Below are positions 1-12,723 of a DNA stretch of 64,000 bases, piece after piece. The stretch lies in NCBI GenBank assembly GCA_047967505.1, contig CM106538.1, one strand, 5' to 3'. Numbering within the stretch: the stretch's first letter is position 1; each line of letters begins with the position of its first letter. The position numbers were made by a program, and so were the translations under genes. The stretch comes from Dipteris shenzhenensis (Eukaryota). The notes beneath the pieces were generated by a model. That model was not told the DNA's origin. It saw nothing but the letters and a program-made list of their open reading frames with translations, and did no database searches.

Positions 1-1389
1 TGTGAAATATACAAAGTGTGTGATATTTACAATGATTTCTTGGTCTCCAAAAATAGGCACATCATTGCCAATGTAGACGTTATTAGCTTTGAGAAGAAGG
101 GAAAAAATACTAGAATATTAGCCTCAACTTTGTGATCACAAAGATTTCCAGTTAAGCCCTTTGCATGAAACTTTTCCATCTATGCTAGCCTAGTCTGACT
201 TTAGTGATGTACAACCATTACATGTATGCATGGATTTTGATTCCATTTACTATCACAATAGATGATGCAAATACATTATAGGAGTTCAACAATGATGATG
301 TAGATTTGCAGAGAAGCCCTCAATATGAGGATACATCTCTAGGAGCATGAAAGAATACATGCCTTAGTGCATGCAAATCCTCAAGAAATTTTATTCTAGC
401 ATCCATGACTTTCACCATGGAGCAGATCGTGTCTTGGGCTTAGGTTCTAATAACCCAGATCAACAGAACACTCATTAGGACATCTTAGCATTGAATTAGT
501 TATGCCACACTGTATCACACTTGGATTCAGTTTAGCACCACTTCTTTAGATGTCCAAATCATTCCTCAGCATGAAAATGTTTATGCGTCAATAGAGTCAT
601 GTCCTAGTGCAACATATATTATCAGGTTTGGCCATAGAGCAACTTAGCGAGCCTTAGTATCACTATGCACTTATGGTTGCTGTACATAGTCCATGCTTGA
701 TGTAGATTAGTGCTGGATGCAAGACTTTAGATCTATCTCAATAGCACCATTCAGCTCACATTCCTCGGGGATACCTTATACCTTTTTAATTGTATATCAA
801 GTTTCTAAGCCTTCTTGCTGTTAGCTCCTTTTGATAATCCTATGGGAAATGTTACAGTTGATGCCGATGATGTTCAACCATGTACGCAATAGAAAATTAC
901 ATATATATATAGGTTTAATAAGCTTCCATGATAGTTAACATACAAGTTTGGTAGGCTACGATGCCTCGTTAATTTTTTTGGCCCCTTCATTAAAGCATAG
1001 TAACCTATGGCCCCTTCTTTTATGCAACTCTTTGATCACTTTGTCCACAGTGACTATGTGATCTTTTATGATCCTTCATCCTATGACAAATATTACTCTA
1101 CTATAGCATACCTTAGGTAGTGCTATTAGTTCTTTTGGGATGGTGACATCCTTGTTTCTCACAACATTCTAGATAACATCCTCTCCATTTTATGTAGATC
1201 ATCTTCACACTCCATAGTGACTTAGGACATGTTTAGCCTTAGCTCAACCATCTGCAACATGCAATCCTTCACACAATCATTGATTGATCAAATAGTCTTT
1301 GATCCAAGAGAACTTCTTTCTTTTTGGTATTCTTTCCCCTTTCTTTGGACATTTTATGGGTATTATTCCCAAATAGGAAGGATGACATA

Positions 1390-1830
1390 CAACTTAAGAG
1401 GGGGAATTGAAGGTTAAGTTGTACAAGATATATACAATGCAAAGACTTCCATTGTATAATCATTACGCTCACACATGCACATGTTACTATGATATTTTTA
1501 GTTTTTCTTTTTTAGTCTTGGTTGCATCATATGCACTAGAAAATCCAAAAAGAGATCTTGTACATGCACCCTCTTCTTGTGTAGTGAATTTAAGAGGAGG
1601 TATTAAGGATAATGTAAATTACAATATTGTAGAGATGACTATAAGGGCATAAGGACTATCCCTAACCCTAATCCAAAGGGGTAGAGAACTATATATGAAT
1701 TATCATGTTTAATGCAACATAGTGTACAATTAGTCATGTCTTGTGCACTGTTCTCTCTCTCCCCCAAAACCTCCAACAACTTTGTAGCATATTTAGTAAC
1801 ATCTTCTCATTTTAGAGGGAGGTATTAGCC
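1390..1830 (+). mobile_element. Degenerate LTR-retrotransposon 3' ends (repeated PPT plus short LTR-like segments)
   Basis: PPT-like TTAAGAGGGGGAATTG (~1394), TTAAGAGGAGGTATTA (~1590) and TTAGAGGGAGGTATTA (~1812); the first two are each followed by a ~200-bp AT-rich LTR-like segment. Confidence 0.4.
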
Positions 1831-3899
1831 CTTGGAACTTCTTTATCTTGCATTTCATAAGGCTTATGATGGCAAGGTGGGGGACTAGGACTTCTTGAAA
1901 GGAATTGTCTACCAATGGGGATGTTAACGCTTTGAGAAAAATTTTGTGAGCAAAATAATTCTTTAAGAAAATTTTGCCAATTTTAGTGTGCTTGACATTG
2001 CAAAAGTTATGGTCATAGAAACCTGTTGACCTTTTGACCAAACACATTATAAAATGAATACATGGAAATGTAAGGAGTATGACTTGTTGCAAACAAGAGC
2101 AACTTGTAGACTTGGCAAACTCAAGAGGGTATGACAAGGATGATAGAATATGCACCATAATGTACACAATCCATACAATGGACCATCACACATAAAGTTC
2201 ACACCATATGCATAAATGATGTGTAGATGATACTGGACCATCATAGCTTGTGATAGTATTGACTTTGCATGATGATCTTAGTTTGATGTGGTATTGAACC
2301 TTAATGATGATATTGTCTTAGCTTGCAAAATGACCTAGAGAGTTGCGTATGTAGTGGACTTTTCACTTAGAAAATGTTGCTCACATTTTAATTAATTAAT
2401 TTTGACTCACATAATCCTCACTCATAGTCTAGGTAATCGTTCATCTTGTAAATGCAAATGGCTCAATTAACTTAGCTAACTTTTATCCACTTAACACTAT
2501 TCAACATCTTTTAACACCATTTAGCCTAAGGCCTTGGTAATTCATTTACCTCCCCATTACTATGACTTATCTCCATCAATGATGTGTTAAGCAATGGATA
2601 TGTGCCCTTAGACAAAGGGAGTACTCAATCTTTGAATTGGGATTTGAACTCTATATGGCATCCAAGTTTAATCAACTATAACAATGACTTGGCCATATCA
2701 ATTCAATCCACCTTAAGAGGAAAAGGACACGACATATAACAACATAAGAGGGAGGGCGTGGAGAGCCCTTCAATTACTAGTTGTTCCATGATTCCCATTT
2801 TTTTTTCATACCTCTCCTGCCTCCATTTAATCAATAGAATCGTGATAGGAGGGTTTTGAGTTTTGTTGCTGATACATGTTTTGAAACATTTAATGAACAA
2901 GTGCCAATCTAAAGAGAAATGCCATGAATATGAGGCAAAGATGTACTAGACAACCTTCAACCACATTAGAAAACATTCAATTATTATATGCCCAAGTGAC
3001 AATGGAATGGTGACAGTGGGAGGCTTTTCATCTTAAATTCCCTCTATGACCATTTTTGAGAGGGGAGTTGTGATGAAATTCTCCCCCGAACAGGGGGGGT
3101 CACTAAGAAATATGTAAGATATCACGTGTGATCAATGGAAGGGGTTTTATATTCGTATGAAGTTACATAAAATTTACATACACAAGGGGTTCTTTAATTC
3201 AAAAAGTGAAAATTTTCATACATAAGGGATACTTTAATCATATCAAAATTTACAAAGGGGTGTATATAGGTTATAGAAATCCATAGGTAGGGGGTTTTTT
3301 AAATACCCCTTGATTGCACGTGCTATAAGGGGTTTTAATGCAGTGCCCCCTCAAAATTTTTCCCAATGTCACCATTCCCCCCCCCCTTCTCTCTCTCTCT
3401 CTCTCTCCCCCCTACCCCCCTCTCAGCTGCCCTGCTAGCCCCTCAGCCCTCTCACCAACCCCTTGTCAACCCTCACAAGCCTTTCAACTCCCTCGCCTAG
3501 TCTCAAGACCTTCTTGGCCTGTTACGATTCAAGGAAACACTTGTAGGATGCCTCTCCACCACTGCCAAGCCCTGTAGGATGGCTCTCCACCACTACCCTT
3601 GCACATCTCCTGCACCATCGTGGGTCTTTGTGGGATTGCCCTCTATCTTGTTGACATTGTGGGGCAGCTCTCAGCCCCTACATAGGATCCTAGCTCTTAA
3701 GAGGAGCTCGGCACCTGTAAAGATAGGTCGGGGGCCCATTCTCAAACCCCACAATAGCCCATTAGCCCTTTGGCCTTGCCATAGTTTGCCATCCAACCTC
3801 TACAACCCCCTGCCTACCCCTACACATACTCCAGCTTTTGCACCTGCAAGATACCAGCAAGGGCCATTAAAATTAGGATTCAAATCAAGCAAAATGCAC

Positions 3900-5270
3900 A
3901 ATGTACTACTGAAAAGGGGAAGAGGAGTACCAGTTCAATTGAATATCATTTGAAGACCACCCCTAGCTGCCAAACATGAACACACATGCAAGGAAATTAT
4001 CCTTTTCTGAAACTCTGGACTTTTGAAAAATAGACAGGAGTGTCTGGTGAGAATATTTGAAATACCTATGCAAGAATTCAAATGGGGAAAACAAGCTTTG
4101 GATAATGCCATGGCAGCCACTAAGCAGGGACACCTAATAGGGTTACAAAAAATGTCCTCACCAACCTCATTAAAATTTTCATAGCCCTCATTGAGAAGGT
4201 AGTTAATTTGGAAGCCACAAATGTGGCCTTGCTAGCTAAGAAAACACTTCTGGATAAGGCATTAGAAGCAAATGGGGAAAACAAGCTTTGGATAATTCCA
4301 TGGCAGCCACTAAGCAGGGACATCTAATAGGGTTGCCAAAAATGTCCTCACCAACCTCATTAAAATTTTCATAGCCCTCATTGAGAAGGTAGTTCATTTG
4401 GAAGCCACAAATGTGGCCTTGCTAGCTAAGAAAACACTTCTGGATAAGGCATTAGAAGTAAGGGAGAAAGACGCACTACAGGAAAGATGAAGGAAAGAGA
4501 AAGCCAAGAGGGAGGAGTGGGAGAAAGAAAAACTAGAATGGGAAACTATCAAGACCAACCTCCAGGACAAAAAAGCATGCACTTGAAATCGAATTACAAC
4601 AAATCAAAGACATGAAGGTGACCCAAAAAGGGAGATACAAGGCAATGGAAGAGCTCAAAGCAGAGCATGCCAACCTTAGGAAAGATATTATAGCTATGCA
4701 GGACATGATGCAAGGAAAGCACACTAAACTTACAACAAATCAGCAAGGGAGAAGCCAAAATATTGTAATGGAAGGACGTGGTTAAAAAAGGCACATTAAC
4801 CCCTATTGTATCGGATGACCTTGAAGAGGACAAAAGGCAGGACAACAAATATTTAAATGTACTTGTCAGAGGATTACTGGTAAGGGATATCCCCATGGCA
4901 GATGGCAAAGTTCTGCTCACCAAGATGGGAATCAACTTCACTTGTGAGGCATCTTGGAGGGTGGGTAAGGTAGACACACCGGTAAGACCATTAGTGGTGA
5001 GACTATGGAAAAAAAGAGGATAGATCTACTCTTATGAGTATGAAGGCAACATTGAAGGGCACCAGGACCTTCTTCGATGATCATCTCACCCTCCTACAAT
5101 AGGAACATCGAAGGGAGGGAATGCTGAAAGTGATGGTGGTAGGACAGGAAGGGAAATGGGCTACATTTAGAGATGGTAAAGTTATCATCCATGAGAGAGC
5201 AGATAGTGCAAAAAGAGAAGAGAAGGAGGAAGGTGAAATGGATAGCACACGATGGCAGAGTGTACTTTGA
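3900..5270 (+). mobile_element. Degenerate LINE ORF1-like fragment (coiled coil followed by RRM/CTD-type region)
   Basis: Heptad-like charged segment (MEELKAEHANLRKDIIAMQDMM), then VLVRGL..WRVGKVDTPVRPLVVRL..KATLKGTRTFFDDHLT, a pattern typical of non-DUF4283 LINE ORF1 proteins. Multiple stops and frameshifts. Confidence 0.55.
4079..4458 (+). repeat. 190-bp tandem duplication (2 near-identical copies)
   Basis: AATGGGGAAAACAAGCTTTGGATAAT starts at 4081 and 4271; copies end ATTAGAAG at 4268 and 4458. Confidence 0.95.
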
Positions 5271-5385
5271 TATCCAACTAGTTACCATTTTTTATATCAA
5301 TTGGTCTTATGATTTCTTGCATCGTCTCAGTATGTGCCCCCTCATGTTGAAAAATAGGAAAATCCTATTAATTAGTTACATGGGC

Positions 5386-5810
5386 CAAATCCTAGGACAT
5401 AGCCAAATACATTGCTCTGAAATATGGTAAACAAGACATGCCCTTGTAGTATGGGACGATATTAGAATATAAGAAAAAGATAGAGCAACGGATGGAGGTT
5501 GAGACCTAGAAATTTAATGCCCCTATATCTGCCATCCTTAAGAAAGTGGATGGGGCAACTTTAAAGGCCAATATAGGGAAGCTAGAAAGGGTGCTAGACA
5601 CATACAATGAGAGGCTATCCAAGACCGAATACTTGGTAGGAAATTTATTCAGCTTGGGAGATCTCTCTTATCGGGCTCTCATCTTCCACATATCAGCTCT
5701 CTCATCCTACCAAGATGGGAAATTTGATCACCTCTTGAAAACATGTGAATGCATGGTGAAAGAAAATTCTTCTTAGCCATCTTGGTTGAAGGTGAATCAA
5801 CTACCATCTC
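5386..5810 (+). pseudogene. Phi-class glutathione S-transferase pseudogene fragment (last exon only)
   Basis: Translation across frameshifts and stops gives IAKYIALKYGKQ..YGTILEYKKKIEQRMEVET*KFNAPISAI..KLERVLDTYNERLSKTEYLVGNLFSLGDLS..GNLITS*KHVNAW*..PSWLKV, resembling the GSTF C-terminal domain. No upstream exons recognised. Confidence 0.85.
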
Positions 5811-6736
5811 TAGTGTCTATGCTGAATTAGCTCATCCAAAAGCTTGACTAGTGGGAGATTTCTTCTTCATCTTTGTTCTATGACTATTTTAAAGAATTTG
5901 GGATTTCCCACAGAGCATGGCAAACTCTATTAAAAGTCTCCTATGTGTTGCAACAGTATATTTATTAGTGCCATCACCTTCATGCAAAAATTGTGCATTA
6001 CAATCAACACCATCACAATAGTACACAAATATGGGATAAACTCGCACATCCCTAATACATTTAGCTTCCATACATCATCACAAGCTAGCAGCTTGAAGAG
6101 TTCTCAGGTTGCATATATGCATAAGCAAAAGTATTGCACTGAATAATGAGTGGGAGGAGTTGCCATGATTGCCCTGTCTAAATCATTTTTATATTGTAGT
6201 TGAAGAGGAAGTTGGAGGTTTTGTTCCATTTTCATGTTGAGTCATTAAATCATTCTATGAGGAGTTTTAATTCTAAGAAGAGCTTTCTTATATGAGTTGA
6301 AGTCTAAGAGAACAGAGTGGATTGTGGCACATTCTATTTTTTGTTCAAGCGATTTATTGAGCATTCAATTTGCATCCTCTTGTGTATCATGCTTACTAGG
6401 GCTATGCTCACAAACATATAATGACTCAAAGATCATTGAGAAAGGTGGAGCCATTTGGAATGTCCCCCCCAACACGAATGATACAAAAGGGACGAAATGA
6501 TAATGACCCAGAGGTCATTTAGAAGTGCTTGAGCCATTTCTAATGTCTCCCCAACATAAGCGATACATAAAATGTTAGAATTGAACTCCACTAATAATGG
6601 ACCTAGTATGATGGTTTTTTTTCCTTGTGTGGTATCACAATATAGGGAGATATGCACGGAGATTAATATCAAAGGGCCCACTTTGAGCCATTAGTGGTGG
6701 CAATTAAAGGTCAAGGAGACCCTTGAGAGGTAGCGT

Positions 6737-7116
6737 ACCAAAACAAGTCTATAAACCATCCATATCTCATATCTCATAAAGTACTCCATATTAATTTGTT
6801 CTTGGGTTTAAGGCTAGGGTTTGGAGAAATTCCAGAAGAAAACGAGGCTTAGCTTGAGGAGTATAGTGCAAAAAAAGAGTCATAGCATTCATCAAGAAAG
6901 ACACTTGAATGGGGAAGTCTATTTGACAAACTCATAAGATACCGAAACAAGTCTATGAACCATCCATATCTTATAAAGTACTCAATATTGTTGGGTTTAA
7001 AGCTAGGGTTTGAAGCAATTCCATAAGAAACAAGGCTTAGCTTGAGGAATATAGTGCAAAAAAAGAGTCATAGCATTCATAGAGAAAGAAACTTGAATGG
7101 GAAGCATATTTGACAA
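6737..7116 (+). repeat. ~200-bp diverged tandem duplication
   Basis: TACC(A/G)AAACAAGTCTAT(A/G)AACCATCCATATCT...GGCTTAGCTTGAGGA...TATTTGACAAA at about 6737 and 6940. Confidence 0.9.
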
Positions 7117-9065
7117 ATTATTTTGGTGATTTGTCCTAGGACACAATGCCATACATCACCTTTTGGGGGCCCTTTCTTTCCTTGGTCATATCTTAGAAGA
7201 CTGCCAAGTTTTCCTCAAAGAATAGTTTTGCTCATAAAGTTGTGCCTGGTAAATGGTCTATCTCTTTGCCAATATATGGCATAGGAGGTAGATTTCAAAT
7301 ATCCAGATCTATCCACTATAGTTGCCCCATTTCCCACCTTGTAGCTAAGGTGATGAGTCATTTCCTTCATTTGACAAAAATAGACCATGGGACTTTATAT
7401 TCCCATTGAATAGGTCAGTGGACTTCATATTCCCATAAAAAATGATAAGGATATTTTCCAATGTTAGCTTGTTAGAAACATAGCCATATTCTTAGAGGCA
7501 TCTCTCAAGAATATACAAAGCCTCACAGATGCTTTGTAGGATTTTTGCCTTGTGGTAGGTGCACTTATCAAAATGGCACAAATCGATATGATTTTGTGTC
7601 AATGATGTGGATGTACTAGGAGGGGTTATTGAGCTTGGATTTAGATGGAATGAAGAGGGGTACCATTGCTAGATATTCAGGATTCAATGTGAACTCCATC
7701 CAATAGTTTGCTTTAGTTTTATAGAACATCAAGAAGAAGCTGCTATATTAGAGTTCCATTATCCTAAAATTGGCCTTTATGGCCCCTCATGGTGAACTAG
7801 CTATAATTAGCATCTACATGGTACATTGCTTCGTATTGGTTCTTCTTATGCTCATGCCAATGGTCAACTCAAGAGATAGATATAGAACTATCTATGGTCC
7901 AAATTTAACAGCACCAATTGACACTAGGGCGAGGGTGGCCGAAAGCATCACCAACCTATCTACACAGAATAGAGGCCTCAACATTATTGATCCTAACATT
8001 ATAGTATAGGGACTTGTTTCTAGGTAAGTTGGTGATTAGAGGACTCCTCGGAAATAAGCCTTGAATGGATTTATTTACTTAATAGATGCAATTCTACACT
8101 CCCCACACAAGTGGTGATTGGCTTTCAAGTACAATATGTGTTTTCACACATGTAGATACTAGTTTCCATGTTCTCCCCTCTTGGCAGTGGTTATCAAAGC
8201 TTGGCATCAAATTTGAGGATTACTTTCATGGATTTCCCCTCATGCTCAAGTTAAGAGGGATAGACAATCAATTATGTGGAACAAGTATGTTTTGAGGATT
8301 TAGAATGGCCACTAGGCTATTCAGACTACATATAGTATTGGGGATGGGATAGGGGACAATGTCGACAATAGATAGCTAGCATTGAGTGGAACATCATCAG
8401 TCAATATGTGTAGGGCACTCATAGATGCACTTTATAGACTGATCCAGTTGTCCTCCTTGGCTGCTTGTAGGGGGAGTGATCAAATGGAGGGTAGGCATGA
8501 TTATCAGTCTGGGCGTACTCTCCTATACAAGTTCCAAATTTACAAGTTCATCATTTTCTCCCACACAAGTGTTCGTTTAGTGATTATTTGTCTTCTTTGG
8601 GACTAGAGAAGAAAAGAAATTATTTATGAGCTGAGGAGGGTTAGAATCAGTAGATTGAAAAAGCAAAACAATTCTTTATGAGCTAAGGAGGGTTAGACTT
8701 AATAGATTGAAAAAGCCGAACTTGACTAGGAAGCCTATTGTCCAAATGATTAGGCTTGTTAGCTTGAGCAATGGAAAATGGTACATAAATCCCACCCTCC
8801 TCTTGTTATGGGATATACTTGGTGCCTTTTTGCATCCACCATAGCTAGTACATTGATCATTGTTGCACTAGGCTTAGCACGATCCACATCTTTCTCACGT
8901 GTTCCCCCTCCCCTCATAAATAGAGGGACTTGATCATTAATCACTCTTCTCTTTACCAATTCCCTTTCCTTTCCCTCCCTCCCCTCCTCATTTTATTTAG
9001 TATATCTTTGAATTCTTGGAGTGACCTATTGGAGAAAACATGTTTTGAAATTGTGTGAAAACATA

Positions 9066-9320
9066 GGGGGATATGAAGTCAATGAAAACAACTACTGGAC
9101 ATTCTATGAGACAATAAAACAATTATTTGACGTCATATGTTCCATTCAAACAACTGTTTGACATTGTATGTTCCATACAATGTCAAATAATTGTTTGCAT
9201 TGTATTCATACCCCCTTATTTTTTCATACAATGTCAAGTAATTATTTTCATTGAACGTGTTTCCTCCATTATGGTTTCATATAATGTCAAATAATTACAT
9301 TCATTGTCTTCATACCCCCC
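9066..9320. mobile_element. MITE-like element with terminal and subterminal inverted repeats
   Basis: Left end GGGGGATATGAAGTCAATGAA and right end TTCATTGTCTTCATACCCCC are near reverse complements. Internal (CAATTA)TTTGACATTGTATG / CATACAATGTCAAATAATTG motifs occur in both orientations. Flanked by TA on both sides. Confidence 0.6.
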
Positions 9321-9489
9321 TAATGGCTCTGACCTAATTCTTCCACTAGTTTCCTCATCTCTATTTTCCATCTACCTATTCTAAATCTTAATCTCAACAA
9401 ATTGTTTGATACATGTAATGTCACATAAGGAGAAAGGTAATTGAAAAGGGATTTATTTTTCAATAGATGAATTCTATTGATTTCTTAGG

Positions 9490-9610
9490 TAGAGTACCCC
9501 AATTAAGCTCAGGTCAAAGGGCTAGCTTCAAAACTTCATGCAAAGGGGGACTTGAACTCAAGACATCCACTATGCACTCTCAAGAACTTGCAACTTGGCT
9601 AAATGCGCAT
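9490..9610 (-). mobile_element. tRNA-derived SINE-like remnant
   Basis: Minus strand reads TAGCCAAGTTG (A-box-like) ... GAGTTCAAGTCC (B-box). A related copy lies at ~10317-10392 and a weaker one at ~2615-2700. Confidence 0.5.
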
Positions 9611-9933
9611 CTACGTACTCTTAGGATAGTACCTACATGACATCTTTTTGATTAGTGAAGCTTCATGTACACATTGCAGATGGGAGATCTATGTAGTCCT
9701 TTCATTAGAGGAGCTCTATGAATTTGGACTTATTTGTAACATTCTCATTTGCAAGTTGGGTTGGAGGCTTCAACATTTTATTTCTTATCATTGTGTTCTT
9801 CTTGGCATCATTGCAATGAGGACTGCATTCTTTCTTTCTCTCTCATAATACACATCCACTTGAGCACGTGTGCATATGTATGATTCACAAACATATATGC
9901 ACACATATATACATACATATATAGCAAGTGGTG

Positions 9934-9935
<2 letters not shown>

Positions 9936-9974
<39 letters not shown>
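9936..9974. repeat. (CA)n microsatellite
   Basis: Perfect CA run. Confidence 0.97.
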
Positions 9975-9976
<2 letters not shown>

Positions 9977-11084
9977 TGTGAAAAAAGCATAGTATAGATA
10001 TGATAAGTGGGGGCCCCTCCCTTCATAAATACAGGGACTTCCTCATTAATGATTGTCCCACCTAAATTCTCCATTAGTTTACTCATCCATTCTTTGTGTC
10101 TACTTATTCTAAAAGTCTTTAATCTCAACAAATTATTCCCTACATATAGCTTAACAAAGGAGGACTCTCACTTAATTCCTCCATTAGTTTGGTCATCTAT
10201 ACTTTCCATTTATGTATTCTAAAGGCCCTTAATCTCAACAAATTATTATGTACATATAGATTAACCCAAGGAGAAAGATAATTGAGAAGGCCTTAAATTT
10301 TCAAGGTATAACATTGGAGTATGCAATCTAGCTAAGGCCAAAGGGATAACTAATTTCATACAAAGGGGAGACTTAAACTCAAGACATCCATTACTTACAT
10401 CACAAAGCTACATGAAGATGTTGTGAAAGAAGCAAAGAATACAAGAGCTTTGAATTGTATCATTATAAATAAGAGGGGAGCACAGGGGGAGCACAGGGGA
10501 GGGCCCCTATTTCTCCTCATAAAAAGAGGTATTTTCTTAATAATCACTTTCTCTTTACCCCTCCCCATTGCCTTTTGATCCTTCCACTCCCTTTTCCACT
10601 AATTCATATATTTTTGAATTCTTTTCAATTGGCGTTACCTAAATGGGTCTTAGGTCTTTGAAAGTTTATGAGTCAACCTGTAGAACATAGATTTAAGAAG
10701 GATTTATTCCAATGAAGAGAGAATTATGGAGAAAATTCACTCGCAATAAAAAGACTTATTCAACAGTGTATGAATAAGAGTGGATGAATCAAATTTTAAA
10801 TTAAAAAATCCATGTATTAATGAATGTCATGAGAATATGGAGTGATCAATGTGTATTTGATTTATTTGCTTGGCAAGGAGATACACGTACCTTGGGTTGA
10901 CAACAATGAGACAAACTTGAACAAGATAGTGGCCAAGTAGAATACTAAGAACAAGGATTTGCAAGTAGGGAGAATGTGATTTGGGCAAGTATGGATGATC
11001 TGCAATTGCGGAGAGTGCAATCAAGCATACATACAACATGCGCATTGTGAATTGTCAATGAAACACGATCGACCAAATAAAAAA

Positions 11085-12640
11085 ACAATCACACTAGTTA
11101 GCTAGGTTTGGGGATAGCCTTAGTGGTTACATCATAACTCTTCCCTATACCCACACTAATTAATAGACCAATTACATTAGTCACGTACCATAATCGTTCT
11201 AATTAATAGACATTCTCTCTTTTGCAAAAATAAGTATAAGATTGTCATAGATTGTCCTTCCAAAAACCAAGCAATCATACATTCTTTTGTTTTTTGATGA
11301 GACCATCCCCCAAAGAAATTTGCCACAATTGTATCTTGTTCAACATCGTCATCTATTCAATTGGAGCATCATTAGCTCTCACCAAAAGACTAGTGCAAAA
11401 ATCTGCCAAAGCTGCACCTCCTCCATAATATTCTTCATTTTTGGTTTTGTAGCAGTAAAAGATGAGCATTGGCAATTTGCCACAGATGCTATCGAAAAAA
11501 ATAAATTACATTAGTTAGCTAGGTTTGGGGGATAGCCTAAGTGGTCACATCATAACTCTTCTCTAAACCTACACTAATTAATAGACCAATTACATTAGTC
11601 CCATACCATAATCGTTCTAATTAATAGACATTCACCGTTTTGCAAAAATAAGTAGAAGATTGTCATAGATTGTCCTTCCAAAAGCCAAGCAATCATACAT
11701 TCTTTTTTTTAAAAATGAGACCATCTCCCAAAGAAATTTGCCACAATTGCATCTTGGTCAGCATCTTCATCTGTTCAGTTGGAGCATCATTATCTATCTC
11801 CAAAAGACTAGTGCAAAAATCTGCCAAAGCTGCACCTCCATCATATTCTTCATCTTTGGTTTTGTAGCAGGAAGAGATGAGCATTGGCAGTTTGCCACAG
11901 ATGCTATCATATACTTCATACTTCATAGATGTTCACTTTTTTGAAGCAAAAATTAGAAGATAATCAATTGTATTTGTAGCACCATTATTTATCTCCAAAA
12001 GACTATCTGACAAAGTTACTCCATCTCCATCATTTCTTCATCTTTTGGGTTGTAGCAGGAAGAGAGGAGCATTGGCAATTTTCCACATATGCTGTCTTCT
12101 TCATACTTGATAGACAACCACTATTTTGCAACAAAACTTAGATTATATTTCCAATAACAAAGCACATATTCATTTGTTTCTGGATGAGACCATCTCTGCC
12201 ACCATTGCGTCTTCTTCAGCATCTCCATCTGTTCACTTTGTAGCATCATTATCTATCTCCAAAAGACTAGTGCAGAAATCTGCCACAGTAGCACCTCCTT
12301 TATCATATTCTTCATCTTATGGCATTTAGCAGGAAGAGACGAGCATTGGCAATTTGCCACAGATGCCGTCTTCTTCATCGTATCATCTTTTGATTTTGTA
12401 GTAGCATATATAAATGCAGGAACGTGCGCAAACTCATCCTCTAAAAGCATGACACATAGTTCAGTTTCAATCTCATGATAGTCACTCATAAGGTTGAAAG
12501 CCATAAACTTCATCATGCACAAAAGGGACTAGCTGCTATGGCATCCCCACCGACATCATCAGCTTCCAACGGTGGGTGTAGATCATAGTATAAACATATG
12601 CTCTCACACATACAAATCCACACATCCACACATACTGAGC
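11085..12640 (-). repeat. Degenerate TE-derived repeat block: ~420-bp tandem duplication plus four copies of a ~115-bp subrepeat
   Basis: 11085-11500 and 11505-11910 are near copies. The motif CCAAAAGACTA..GAGCATTGGCA(A/G)TTT(G/T)CCACA recurs at about 11380, 11800, 11995 and 12260. Segment 12415-12640 is homologous to 23085-23290. Confidence 0.8.
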
Positions 12641-12723
12641 AGTGTCTTATCTCCGAGAGACGGAATTAGAGATCTCCCACGCATGTTCATCTTCATCACA
12701 TGAAGCTGGCAGCAGGAGAGCAG

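Noticed and set aside
3050-3365. Imperfect inverted repeats suggesting a MITE
   Set aside because: Arms are too degenerate to define TIRs or a TSD by eye.
9540-9610. Possible tRNA gene (A/B boxes)
   Set aside because: No cloverleaf stems could be formed by eye; treated as a SINE remnant.
11380-12370. Regularly recurring motif resembling a repeat-spacer array or repeat-protein gene
   Set aside because: Units are long and diverged with irregular spacing and many stops; better explained as TE-internal duplications.
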